Positions 51,076-64,000 of a DNA stretch of 64,000 bases are shown here, one piece after another. Below the pieces are notes generated by a model. That model ran no database searches and had not been told where the DNA came from. It worked only from the letters and a program-made list of their open reading frames with translations. This DNA comes from Flaccisagitta enflata. Its lineage: Eukaryota. Each line of letters opens with the position of its first letter. The stretch's first letter is position 1. The translations under genes were made by a program, and so were the position numbers. The DNA lies in contig OZ231126.1 in NCBI GenBank assembly GCA_965153355.1, positions 40,672,001 to 40,736,000 on the forward strand. Reading direction: 5' to 3'.

Positions 51076-51591
51076 ATTGTACAGAAAAATGTTTTTCTAT
51101 GCAATAAATTGATAATAATCCACTACAAATCCCTTGCCACGATAAAAAATCTATGAAAAGATAAGAAAAAAAATATCGTTATAAACGATTTTGACTTCTC
51201 AAATTGCGTACTCGTTTGCACTGTGACATAGATACATAAATCTATAAATTTATGAATACATGAATGCATACATGATAACATAATCACATAATTACATAAG
51301 ACGGCGAATTTTTGAAGGAAAACTAAGTGTTTCACCATACTTTTTGCATCATTTTCTGATCAATAATGGTGCAAGATTCATTTTAAAAGATAAATTGTCT
51401 CAAAAGACACTTGGTGTATACATTTCTTTCATATTCTGACCTCAAAAGTAATTTTGACGATGCAATTCACATGAGAAATACAAGAAAATTAAGGTTTTTA
51501 ATGAAATTTTGCTTACATTTTTTTGTTTGTTCTTGCCGTTGAAATCTTAAGACTCTCAAATGCAGGGAAATCTTGCATTTCCAAATACATA

Positions 51592-51799
51592 CAGTGGAAC
51601 CCCGCTTCCTTGACAGCGCCTTTAACGGTCCCCCGCCATTAATGACCCATAAGCTGTGGTCCCAAATTTTTTTGGCTTTTTGTAATGTTAAATTTCCCCT
51701 GGATAACGGCCACGTCTTTAGCGGTGAATCGGCTGGATCGGTCAAAATTTTTGGGCCCAAAAGAGCTCAACCTCTTTATTAGCGGCGAACCAACCACTG
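51592..51799 (+). mobile_element. pogo/Tigger-like MITE
   Basis: TA|CAGTGGAACCCCGC ... AACCACTG. Confidence 0.75.
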
Positions 51800-51872
51800 C
51801 ACCTCACTTAGAAAACCACGAACCGAGTGATCGGCAGCACGAGAGAGAGAGGTAGAGGGAGAGAGAGAGAAT

Positions 51873-51951
<79 letters not shown>

Positions 51952-52606
51952 GACGTGTGCGGCATGACACAAATTCTTTTTCGAAGTTGTGGCACAAACC
52001 ATGGCAAATTCCGTATTGAAATCAACAGGCCCATTTTTCCCAAGTTTCTTTTACATTTCTTATTGTGTTGAACCATGAACAAGTGACACTGGGTCATATT
52101 ATCATTGCGGACGGGTGGGCAGGGGCATACAACTCCCATCCATACCCTCCTACACCCCATGCTCACTCACACACACAGACAATTATAGTAGTAAGGAAAA
52201 TTGTGATAAGTGGCAGTTATCCTATAGCGGTCAAACTCATGAGGCTCTGAAAACGTGGAGAAATACCCTCTACTATTACCATTTCCTAACAAAGAAATAA
52301 CTACGAGCTAGCTAGAGATGACCACTCCTGCCCAAAGTCTCCTGCCCATAATCTAGTGGTCAAGCCTTTTGCAAGGCCAATAAGGAGGAGGAGGAGGAGC
52401 TCCGGCCAATTTGCAAAAAAGTAGGAAACGCGCAACAAGTTGCAGAGGATTTGCAGAATGGTAGAATTTGTAAGCCTCAAAATCTCTACTCGAGTTGAAC
52501 TCGAGAGAGAGAGAGAGAGACGAGGAGCCTCAGAACTTTCGATCTATCGAAGATTTTCAGTCAAGGATTTCCTACTTCTAGGGAGGGAGGGAGGGAGGGT
52601 AGAAAA

Positions 52607-53415
52607 AAGGGATTTCAATGAAAGAATGAATAGCAGAAACCTGGGTGAAATACTGTCTACAATTACCTTTTCGAGTTTGTCTCCTGAAAGAGTAGGTAGG
52701 ATATTTGGGATGAATGAATAGAAAAGGTAGAAGTAGGTGTATTATAGTGGGGGGGCAAGATTGTTTAGAAAAAGAAACGTGTTATACAAAGACAGAAAGA
52801 AAGAAAGAAGAAGGGATTTCAATGAAAGAATGAATGGCAGAAACCTGGGTGAAATACTGTCTACAATTACCTTTTCGAGTTTGTCTCCTGAAAGAGTAGG
52901 TAGGATATTTGGGATGAATGAATAGAAAAGGTAGAAGTAGGTGTATTATAGTGGGAGCAAGATTGTTTAGAAAAGAAACGTGTAATACAAAGACAGAAAG
53001 AAAGAAAGAAGAAGGGATTTCAATGAAAGAATGAATGGCAGAAACCTGGGTGAAATACTGTCTACAATTACCTTTTCGAGTTTGTCTCCTGAAAGAGTAG
53101 ATAGGATATTTGGGATGAATGAATAGAAAAGGTAGAAGTAGGTGTATTATAGTGGGGGCAAGATTGTTTAGAAAAAGAAACGTGTTATACAAAGACAGAA
53201 AGAAAGAAAGAAGAAGGGATTTCAATGAAAGAATGAATGGCAGAAACCTGGGTGAAATACTGTCTACAATTACCTTTTCGAGTTTGTCTCCTGAAAGAGT
53301 AGGTAGGATATTTGGGATGAATGAATAGAAAAGGTAGAAGTAGGTGTATTATAGTGGGAGCAAGATTGTTTAGAAAAGAAACGTGTAATACAAAGACAGA
53401 AAGAAAGAAAGAAGA
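52607..53415. repeat. Tandem repeat, four ~202-bp units
   Basis: AAGGGATTTCAATGAAAG starts at 52607, 52811, 53012 and 53214. Confidence 0.97.
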
Positions 53416-53808
53416 AAGAGAGAGTGAAAGAAAGAACAAAGAACAAAGGGGATTATGAAACGCTCAAATCCACGGGAAATACCTTCTACATTTACGTTTT
53501 TTGTCTCATATTAAACAGAGATGGACCCAATTTTATAAAGAAGAAGAAGAAACGTGAAGAGAGAAGGTAGAAGCAGATTTTGGTAAGTAGAAATGGTGAA
53601 TGTGAATGATGGTGCATATGGATGGAGGAAGGGGATGAGGCGTGGATGTATGTGCGCGTAAAAGAGTTTGAACCAATTATTTTGATGGTGGACCTAAGTA
53701 CTCGACGTTTCTTTGTCTGAAATAATTGGCCAATGCAACAAATGACGGAAGTATTTGTTATATCTATTTAAGCTTGATAGTCGGCAATTAAGGAGAAAGA
53801 GAGAGAGA

Positions 53809-53889
<81 letters not shown>

Positions 53890-53900
53890 GAGAGAGAGAG

Positions 53901-54727
<827 letters not shown>

Positions 54728-56203
54728 AAGAAGCCAAAATAGTAGGAAAACAAGATCTCATATTTCGTACTATATTTTAATGTAGATTGTATTTTAGAGA
54801 TAGAGAGGGAACTGACTTCGGCACTTAAAGAGAGAGAGAAAGAAAAAGAGACAGAGAGATGGGAGAGAGAAAAAGAGTGTCTAGCCGCATGTGGTTGGGC
54901 AGGGCACATTTTAGTCACCTCACTGTCAGTGGGAGTAGCGAGGCCAAAACTACAAAAAAAAAAAAAAAACTAGAAAAGGTAAAGTGTGACAGAGATGAGA
55001 GAGACAGGCAGACCGATCACCGACGGACGGGGCTTAACCATCGGACGGACCGACGGACCGGACAAGGCATGTAGAGTCATGTAGCAAGTAACTAAAAATA
55101 CGAGCCAAAAGACAAGCTGAAATAGCTGCCAAACTACCTCCCATGTTTTTAACGAGTAAAAGGAAGACGTTGTCCGTGGAGGCTGAAATTTTTACAACAA
55201 GTAGACCCTGCCCAGGGGCAGCCCCACCAAAAATTTCAGTGAAATCTGTTGAGCGGTTCCGGAGATATCGTCGCTCGAAGTTACCCAAGTTATGTTATGA
55301 TTTCCCAAGATAACAGCGTTTTTTTTCAGGTTGCGGACGCGTAGGAGCAGCGAGGCCAAAAACTACAAAAAAAAAAAAAAAAAAAAAAAACCAGAAAGCA
55401 GAAGTGCATTTTGAGACAGAGACAGACCGACGGACGGCTGACGAACCGACGAAGCAAGATGTAGAGTCATGTAGCAATGACTAAAAAAAAAATACGAGCG
55501 AAAAAAAAAGGACAAAATCATCGCGATCGAAGATCGAACGAAAAGAGAACCAGATTAACATGTGAGATTTTGATAGTCGGTCCAAGATGTTATATTTTCT
55601 TTTATAAAAAAATAAAAAATAAAAATAATAATTTTTAAAATTAGTTATTTTGTCTTTAAATTAAAAATTTGAAAATTTTAAAAAAAAAAAATAGGACATT
55701 ATATTTTTTTTATAAAACCTTTAATGATGTCCGTTTTCATGGATGATATCGAATTTGGACCGGAACACAAAAAAAAATTTTAACCATGGTCGTTGAAGTG
55801 AAAAACAAACGAGTCTTACTGTGAGAATATTTTGGTGAGAAAAATAGTCAGATGAGAGCAGAGGGGTGTGGGATTGCTCCAATGAGTGGTCGGGCTGGTC
55901 CGGCCCATCCGCTCCATCCGCCTGGTCCGTCCGCTGGTCCAAGGCGTAGTGAACACGAGTCGAAAGTGGAAAAATGAGCGTTTTTGGTGTGGACTATCAT
56001 TTTATAAGAGGCTTTGTCTATCTATGAACCAGAAGTTCCGTCTGCTCACGTCCACCACGCTCGGCCCATCCGCTCCGTCCGTCCGGCCCATCCAATGTGC
56101 CCGCCCGCTTGTTGGCTCCGTGAACACGAGCCGAAAGTGGGAACCAACAACCAAATTCAATGGACTCCATACGTGGGTGTAGATCGCATGCAATGCGACT
56201 AAA

Positions 56204-56771
56204 AACAAGCCATCCAATGATTGCACATGGTCAGCGGTACCCGATGCCCTGCTTGGAGTGACTAGTGTAGTAGTGGACTTAGACTCTAAGTCCACTAGAG
56301 CAGGGCAGCGGCCCCAAAGGGCCGATGTCCTGTAGGACACAGGGGTGAATTTCCTTACGTCCATCCGTCCTGAGAGATCAGATTTTAGGCTTCATAGGGC
56401 CTATTTCAGGCCAAAGAGGGCTGAATACAAGCCTGGGAGGGTTGATTTATGGTCTAAGAGGGCTGATTTTGGGCCAAATCCTTGGCCCAAAATCAGGACT
56501 GATTTTGGGCCTGAGAAGGTTGATTTTGGATCTGAGAGAGCCAATTATGGACCTGAGAGGGGTGATTTTGGGTCTGAGAGGGCTGATTTGGGCCTCTTAG
56601 GACGAATTTCAGGCCTGAAAGAGCCAGATTTGGGCCTGAGAGGCCTCGGGGGGGGGACGTACGTACGGACGGACGGACGGACAGACGGACGGACGGACAG
56701 AGGGACGGACGTCCGAAAACCTCCCCCCCCAGTGTTCTACAGGACATCGGCCTTTGAGGCCGCTGCCCAAA
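56204..56771 (-). mobile_element. HINE family B, best-preserved copy
   Basis: ~38-bp subterminal inverted repeats (56303-56340 / 56732-56768), 21-bp central repeats, (GGAC)n tract, AACAAG end as in family A. Confidence 0.75.
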
Positions 56772-56812
56772 AAGGGATTTTTGACTCCAAGTCCAGTTGA
56801 GATTTGAAATGC

Positions 56813-56900
<88 letters not shown>

Positions 56901-57780
56901 ATTATTAGAGAGAGGCAAAGATAGATACTGCAAGGATAGAGAGGTTCACGGATAAAATTGAACCGGAAAGCAAAGAGGATGAAAACTATTATGGTCATTA
57001 TTGCAGTTTTACGGCGGTGAGAAAATTTTGGTTTTGAAAACCAAAATAATCAGGTGAATAAAGGTTGTCATTTGGGCGGTGTAATGACTTGGCTAATGAT
57101 TCGGCTTTTATCTCCTAGTGCGTAAATGTTTTTATAACTTGCATGAATGGGATGCATTTAGGCGGGAATTCAATGAACATGAGGAGTCAGTAAATCTTTT
57201 CCCTTTGTTTCATTTGCCTTGTCTACCTGCTTTGTTGCCCATTTATTAAGTATGAATTTTGTTGTGAAGAAATTTAGAAGTCCCGCTGAGTAAAACAGTC
57301 AAACTGCAACAAGTCAAAGAAACTAGGAAAAAAAAAGCAGATAAGGGAAAAACAAGTGACGCGGGGTCACAATATCGTTGCGGACGGGTGGGCAGGGGCA
57401 GCCAACCCCCATCCACACCCCATGCCCTACCCAACGCCCATTATCTAAAACGCTCGCGTTTTTCCACTTTCTGACTCATAAGCATGACCATTTGACCAAT
57501 GGACTCATTTGATTATGGACGGATGGACGGACGGACAAAGCCTCTTATAGAGTTGTATTTCCATAAAATCAAAAAGGCGAACGAATGAGAAAATCAGATT
57601 GTGAGGGAATGTAAAGAACAACATGAGATGTATAATGCGTGTTTGCTTTATCTAGAAAATGAGCGTTTTTGTCATGACTAGCGACTCATAAGAGGTTTTG
57701 CCCGTCCGCGGTCCGCAGGTCCGCCCGCGGTCTGTATGGGCACCGTGAACACGAAGCCAGGCGGTGTGCGGCGCGAAGCG

Positions 57781-58328
57781 CGGCAGCGCCTAAAGGGCCG
57801 ATGTCCTGTAGGACAGAGGGTGAATCTCTTACGCCCGCCTGTCCGGGCCCGCACGCTCCGTCCGTCCGCACGTCCGTCCGTCCGTCCGTCTGTACGTCCC
57901 TTTCTCCCGAGGCCTCTCAAGCCCAAATGTGGCTCTTTCAGGCCTAAAATCAGTTTTAAGAGGCCCAAATCATACCTAAAATCACCCCTCTCAGGTCCAA
58001 AATTGCCTCTCTCAGATCCAAAACTAACCTTTTTAGGCCCAAAATCAGTTCTTTTTTGGCCAAAAATCAGCCAGCTTAGGCCATAAATCAACCCTGCCAG
58101 GCTTGTATTTAGCCCTCTCTGGACTGAAATAGGCCCTATGAGGCCTAAAACTTGCCCTCTTAAGCCTAAAATCTGACCTCTCAGGATGGATGGATGTAAG
58201 GAAATTCACCCCTGTGTGTTCTACAGGACATCGGCCCTTTGGGGCTGCCCTGCTCCCACTTGCTTTCAGCTGATCACTCCAAGCAGGGCATCGTGTACCG
58301 CTGACCATGTGCAACTTGATGACTTGTT
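57781..58328 (+). mobile_element. HINE family B copy, apparently nested in a family A variant (about 57665-58430)
   Basis: Reverse complement of 56204-56771, ends GACTTGTT. Confidence 0.75.
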
Positions 58329-58513
58329 GTGTATGTGCCCCAAAGTAAAGTGGTGTTGGTGGGGGTGTTGTGACTGGGCCGGCTGCCCCTGCCCACCCGG
58401 GGTCCGCACCACAGTGACCCGTCACTTGTTTTACTATGAATAGTAAGTAGAAATAAGGTATTAAAATGCAGGCCAGGCTATTCAAAGGAGGCACAGAAAA
58501 ACAAAGACGGGGT

Positions 58514-58607
<94 letters not shown>

Positions 58608-58852
58608 TTGGAGAGCAAAAGAAAAAAAATATAAGTTGCAAAACAAAAGCGCCTCAGATAGTTTAGTCGAGTCAAAGATGCGAGAGTCGAAACGAGGATT
58701 GAGACATTTTTTCGCCCAAAATTTTAAGTTGGAGAACCTCAATCGAGAAGGGGGATCGAGAGGGAGAAAGTTTTAAAATTTGAAAATTTCTTTCTAGTTA
58801 AGACATTGATGCTGCGCTTCTAGAGTAGGGATTTGGGGCAAAGATGCAAAAG

Positions 58853-59177
<325 letters not shown>

Positions 59178-60887
59178 TATAGATATATATATACAAATAC
59201 ATAGACAGACAGAGACAGAAATAGGGACAGACCAAATGGTTGAAACCCAACAGATTTACTCCCTACATTTACGATTTCTATATTCCCAAGTAGAGATGGG
59301 AGTTTATTAATGCTGTTTCTTCGTTGCAAACGTGTGGAGTAGAAGGAGTAGGAAACTGCCAGATGCAAAAGACCGCAAAGTTCTAAAAACGGACGTGGTA
59401 CTCTATCTTGATGTCCTCTACGCGTCCACTACGATCGCGAGTCGCCAATTGACCCGCAACACCTCGTCCACTGCTTCACAAAATCGCCAACTTCAACAAA
59501 ATGGAGGTCATCAACTAGCAACAAGCAAAACTGTACCTAAACGTCGCTCAATCGTCACCAAAGGCGGTAGTCACCTTCAACCACTTCGGGGCTATCACGC
59601 CGACTCATCACCGGAGCCCTCGGCACCTCCAGCGGCTCGTCAGCGACTTCAGCTGCATCGGCAGCTTCCACGAGCCATTCCGACCCTCCACAAGCGCCAA
59701 TCCGGTTCAAACGTTGCATGCCACTCCATCTGGACCTCCCCTACGCAACAGCACCCTTGGTGGACCTCCGCCGACCCTAGAAGTGCCCGTGGACATGACC
59801 TCAGGCGCCTCCAAGGAAGCTGCGAAAGTGACAAATCGTAGCAACAAGCAAAAGGTACACCAAACGACCTCGGTTTGACACCAACATTGGTACACACGTG
59901 TAACTCGACGTCCTCTATCACGTCGACCCGGCAATGACGACCTTGACCCTCTCCAACACCTCGTCAGCGCCTTCAGCAGCATCATCAACTTCAACACGCC
60001 TTCCTGCCTCTCCACGCGTGCCAATCCGGCCAAAATCTCGCTTACTACTCCATCTCGGCCTCCCCTACACGACTACGACCTCGGGTGACCTCCGCCGACC
60101 CCGGAAGGGCTCGTCCACTCAATCCCAGGAGCCTCCAAGGAAGTTGTAGTTGTGAGTAAAAAATACCGCCATTGAACCTCTACATTAAAAGTGTTCCCAA
60201 TCGAAAACGGTTTACAACAGCCCCAGAAAAACTTCAGAGGTGATTTCAGCCTCCTAGCTCAACTAGAAGTGCTTCGTCAACCGTATCATCTTCAGTAGTT
60301 CGAACCTCCGTCGAACCTTCGCGTCCACACACAGATTAACCAGCCGTTTCTTCACCGAGAGTCATGAAACCGGGTAATCATGTTCAACTAATCATGGAGC
60401 ATCTAGCTGCATCGTTGTTTCATTCCTAACTCGCTCACGTCGCCGCGTATAGCCCGCGCATTCCGCCGCTTTTTCGCCAAAACTCATCGCCCATGTTTTG
60501 GCCTGTATCTTCTAAACGGCTGGCCCGACTAAGCTGAAATTTTGCATGGAAGTGAAGCTGAGTCTCCTCTTTCGATACATCACCCTCATTCTCATCTATC
60601 GTCCTCGCTCAGCTGCTCAGCTCGCTCACTTCAAACGTTTTTGCCTCTAACTTCTGAACCGTTTGTACTGCAGAGCTGAAATTTTACACAGAAGTATATT
60701 TCGACCTCCTCTTTCAAATCAGATCATCGACTCGGCAGATTCTCCTTATTTAACCGTGTATCCGACCTTGTTTTCCTACAAGTAATTTTAGCTAATGTCA
60801 CGTCTAAAAACGTGAAAATCCTGTAAATGTAAATTTCCAAATTCCTAACTTCATCCATATATCATTGCTAAACGGATAAAGCAAATA

Positions 60888-61891
60888 CAGTGCGTATCAT
60901 GGTAAAGTTAACACTTTTGCAAACAATTTTCAGAAGCTTCTAAGGCAAAAAACTCATTGAAATCAGTGACCAATTGAAAGCTCTGTTTAAGAGCTTTAAT
61001 TTGGGTCCAATCCCACTGTTCTAGCTCAATTCGTTTAGAAATGGCATTGAAATGAAGCCAGACATATCCAAATTGAAATGGGAAGGTGGTAACTATGGCA
61101 GCTGGGTAACAAAAAAGAGAATTACCTGTTTGTCAGTGTTTCACACTTTCTGCTTAACTATGGACTTGAAACCATAGAAAATCCATGACTGTTTGAAAGC
61201 TCTACGAAAATTCTTCCAAATGCAATGTTGCTGGTCATTGTAGCTTTATTCATTTAGAAATGGCAAAGGTTTGAAGAAAAAAATCGCTGATTGAAAAATG
61301 TACTCATTTCGAATTTTTTCCAATGAGCAATTTTAGTCTTTCCGCTTTTGTCAATGATGCAGCTCAGAATTGTCTTAGCTACTCGTTATCCATGAGCAAA
61401 TTAAAGAGCTTCAAATTTTCTTTAAGATGGCGCCAAGAACAAATTTATAATTTATTTTTATGAAAAAAAAAAAAGATAAACCATGAAAATCACATAGTGA
61501 ATTTCTAAATTCTTGACTACCTGTCTTCATCCTAATACCATTTCTAAACGGATAGAGCTAGGACATCCAGCAAGGTCTCATTTGAAAGATCTTTGGCAGA
61601 GCTTCAAAATGGTCATGGATTTTGCTATGTTTTTTTCATTGCTTAAGTGTGAAACACTGACAAACAAGTAATTCTATTTTTTGTTTTTGCCATAGTTAGC
61701 ACCTTCCCATTTCAATTTGGATATGTCTGGCTTCATTTCAATGCCATTTCTAAACGAATTGAGCTAGAACAGTGGGATTGGACAGAGCTTTAACAGAGCT
61801 TTCAATTGGTCACTGTTTTCAATGAGTTTCTTGCCTTAGAAGCATCTAAAAACTGTTTGCAAAAGTGTTAACTTTACCGTGATACGCACTG
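60888..61891. mobile_element. Tc1-like non-autonomous element with ~250-bp TIRs
   Basis: TA|CAGTGCGTATCATGGTAAAGTTAACAC ... GTGTTAACTTTACCGTGATACGCACTG|TA. Confidence 0.92.
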
Positions 61892-62052
61892 TACAACCAT
61901 CAAGGTCATATTTGAGAGATGTCTTGCAGAAATTCAAAATGGTCATAGATTTTGCATGTACTTTTTTTTCAATTTCTTGGTTATGACGAACTGAATTATG
62001 GCATTTTGTGCAAATGTAGTGAGACCAGAGACTGCCAAAATATACAAAAAGT

Positions 62053-62443
62053 AACAAGTCATCAAGGACTTGTACATGGTCAGCGGTACCCAATTCCCTA
62101 CTTGGAATGATTAGTTTGAGAAGTGGAGTGAGAGCAGGGCAGGGGCCCCAAAGGGACGATGACCTGTAGGACACAGGGGTGAATTTCCTCACATCCGTAC
62201 GCCTTGGGAGGTTAGATGTTTGGCTTGTGAGTGAAAATTTGAATCAAAAGAGGTCCGCATACAAGCCTGGGAGTGCTGACTTAGGATCTAAGAGGGGTGA
62301 TTTTTGACTAAAAATGGCTGATTTGAGGCCTTAGAAGATTAACTTTATATCTGAGAAAGCCAATTTTGGACCTTAGAGAGATGATTTTAGGTTGTAACCC
62401 CTGTGTCCCATAGGACATTGGCCCTTTGGGACCACTGCCAAAA
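62053..62443 (-). mobile_element. HINE family B copy
   Basis: AACAAGTCATC...CATGGTCAGCGGTACCC end and both subTIRs. Confidence 0.75.
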
Positions 62444-62487
62444 AAGGGGACAGATGGACCAATGGACAAATGCTCTTTCTCTCTGTT

Positions 62488-62638
<151 letters not shown>

Positions 62639-62917
62639 CTTTGCACCCTTTCTCGCCTTCATTTGCACACATTTTTCCACTGTAGAATCACGCAGCGCAA
62701 ACACTTCTGACAAGAAAAACAAGAAATGAATTGTCGATGATCGTTCTGATTTTCTGCCAAGGATATTTGTATCCATTTCTCGAAATTTTCATTGAAAAAA
62801 AAAAATCATTTTGCGAGCTCATTTATCATTTGTTTTGTTAAGTAATTTCACCTTCATTTCCCAGGTCTTGGTCTGATACTTTATTTTTCCAAACTTTAAT
62901 CTTGAACTGTGTTTAAA

Positions 62918-64000
62918 GATGCAGGGAGGAGAGGGGACTATTGTTCATCCGACGATGAAGAGGCAGTGCAGCCTCAGGAAAAAAAGCCACAATTGGAGGA
63001 GCAAACCGGCAAGGTAAAGAATGATCCTGCCCCAGTTCCACAGTGGGAATACCTGTATCACGGAGTACCAGAGTGATGGAGGCGACGTTATTCTCAAATC
63101 CACCCTGCAAATTGCCCATCTGGAACTGACTGAACCCGACGTTGACGACCTAGTGGGGGCTAGGGACAGATGATCCAATTCCGCAGAAAAATATCTCAAA
63201 ATGACGACGAAATTTTTACGCCAGGTAATTACAGGTGAATTAGGTCATGTACATGCATTTCTATAAGAGGCTTTTGTCCACAGTAGGTCGGTATGTCGGT
63301 TGGTAGGGTTGAATTCTTAAAGTCAGTTTTAGGTGGGGTTGGTTGGCTTGGTCAGGTTGGTCGGGTCGGCTGGGTTTAGGGGTTGGTTTTATGGTTTGTT
63401 TGTTAAGGTCAATGCTTGTCGTGTTGGGTTTTAAGATAGTTTAGGTTTGGTCGTTGCAATGTATTTAGGCTCAATACTTTAATAAACCTTTTCCAATACT
63501 GTCCCTGCCCATCTTTTTGCATTTCTATTACAATAATTTCTATTTTCTGTTTTCTTTTTTTTCTCAAAATCTCAAGGAACGACTACAAGACCTCCAAGTC
63601 ACAGATAAATTTCTGTGCCCAAGTAATTTTTCATCCCGCTCCAATCAATAACAAGAAGCAAATCGCAGTCCGCGATCTACTCAGTGAGTATGCAACAAGG
63701 CCATGTATATAGCAGCTTCATATATCAACAAACAAATAGAGGCATGAATCCTTAAATACCATTTTATGTACCTGTGGACCAAATTTTGAATTATACACAA
63801 TTATATCCATTTCATTGTTCTTTTTTTTTTTGTTTGTCTGTATCAGAGAGATGGACCAAAAAGGACAGTGGCAAAGAAGATTTGGTTATGCGTTTGGCGA
63901 ACAAATCGACTTTGATCGAGAACGGCGACCTTTTGCAAGTCGCGATAGCGCTGCAGCATCCCAAGGTTGTTACAAATTTAAGCACCTGTCCCATCCCCAT
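62918..64000 (+). CDS. Candidate exons of an unidentified gene or pseudogene running off the window
   Basis: Phase-compatible pieces: ...63234 (MIQFRRKISQNDDEIFTPGNY), 63577-63683 (NDYKTSKSQINFCAQVIFHPAPINNKKQIAVRDLL, GTGAGT donor) and 63847-end (RWTKKDSGKEDLVMRLANKSTLIENGDLLQVAIALQHPK); upstream part needs frameshifts. Confidence 0.4.

Noticed and set aside
59332-59841. 169-aa ORF in GC-rich region
   Set aside because: Duplicated blocks do not preserve frame; no recognisable domain.

Overview
Eukaryotic genomic DNA, probably an invertebrate animal (arthropod-like; inferred). It is dominated by (AG)n/(AC)n/(AGAC)n microsatellites and many non-autonomous DNA transposons. These include at least three Helentron/DINE-1-like (HINE) families, hAT-type MITEs with 8-bp TSDs, Tc1/mariner/pogo-type MITEs with TA TSDs, and a GG-ended 8-bp-TSD element carrying a telomere-like G-rich array; many are nested. 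Most ORFs in the supplied track are microsatellite artefacts. The exception is a ~7-kb island (about 8.9-16.0 kb, bounded on the left by an N gap) that lacks dinucleotide microsatellites and HINE copies. It carries two tandem minus-strand intron-containing genes that I cannot assign to a family: an apparently intact ~479-aa protein with one C2H2 finger, and a decaying gene ending in a PHD-like motif. Both are preceded by an identical CCCTCAGTCGCG initiator-like 12-mer and an array of palindromic repeats. A second notable pattern is a bipartite ~110-130-bp internal module that recurs in hAT, Tc1-like and Helentron-like elements. Possible plus-strand exons lie at the right edge. No transposase, rRNA, tRNA or CRISPR array was recognised. 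All calls are by eye.
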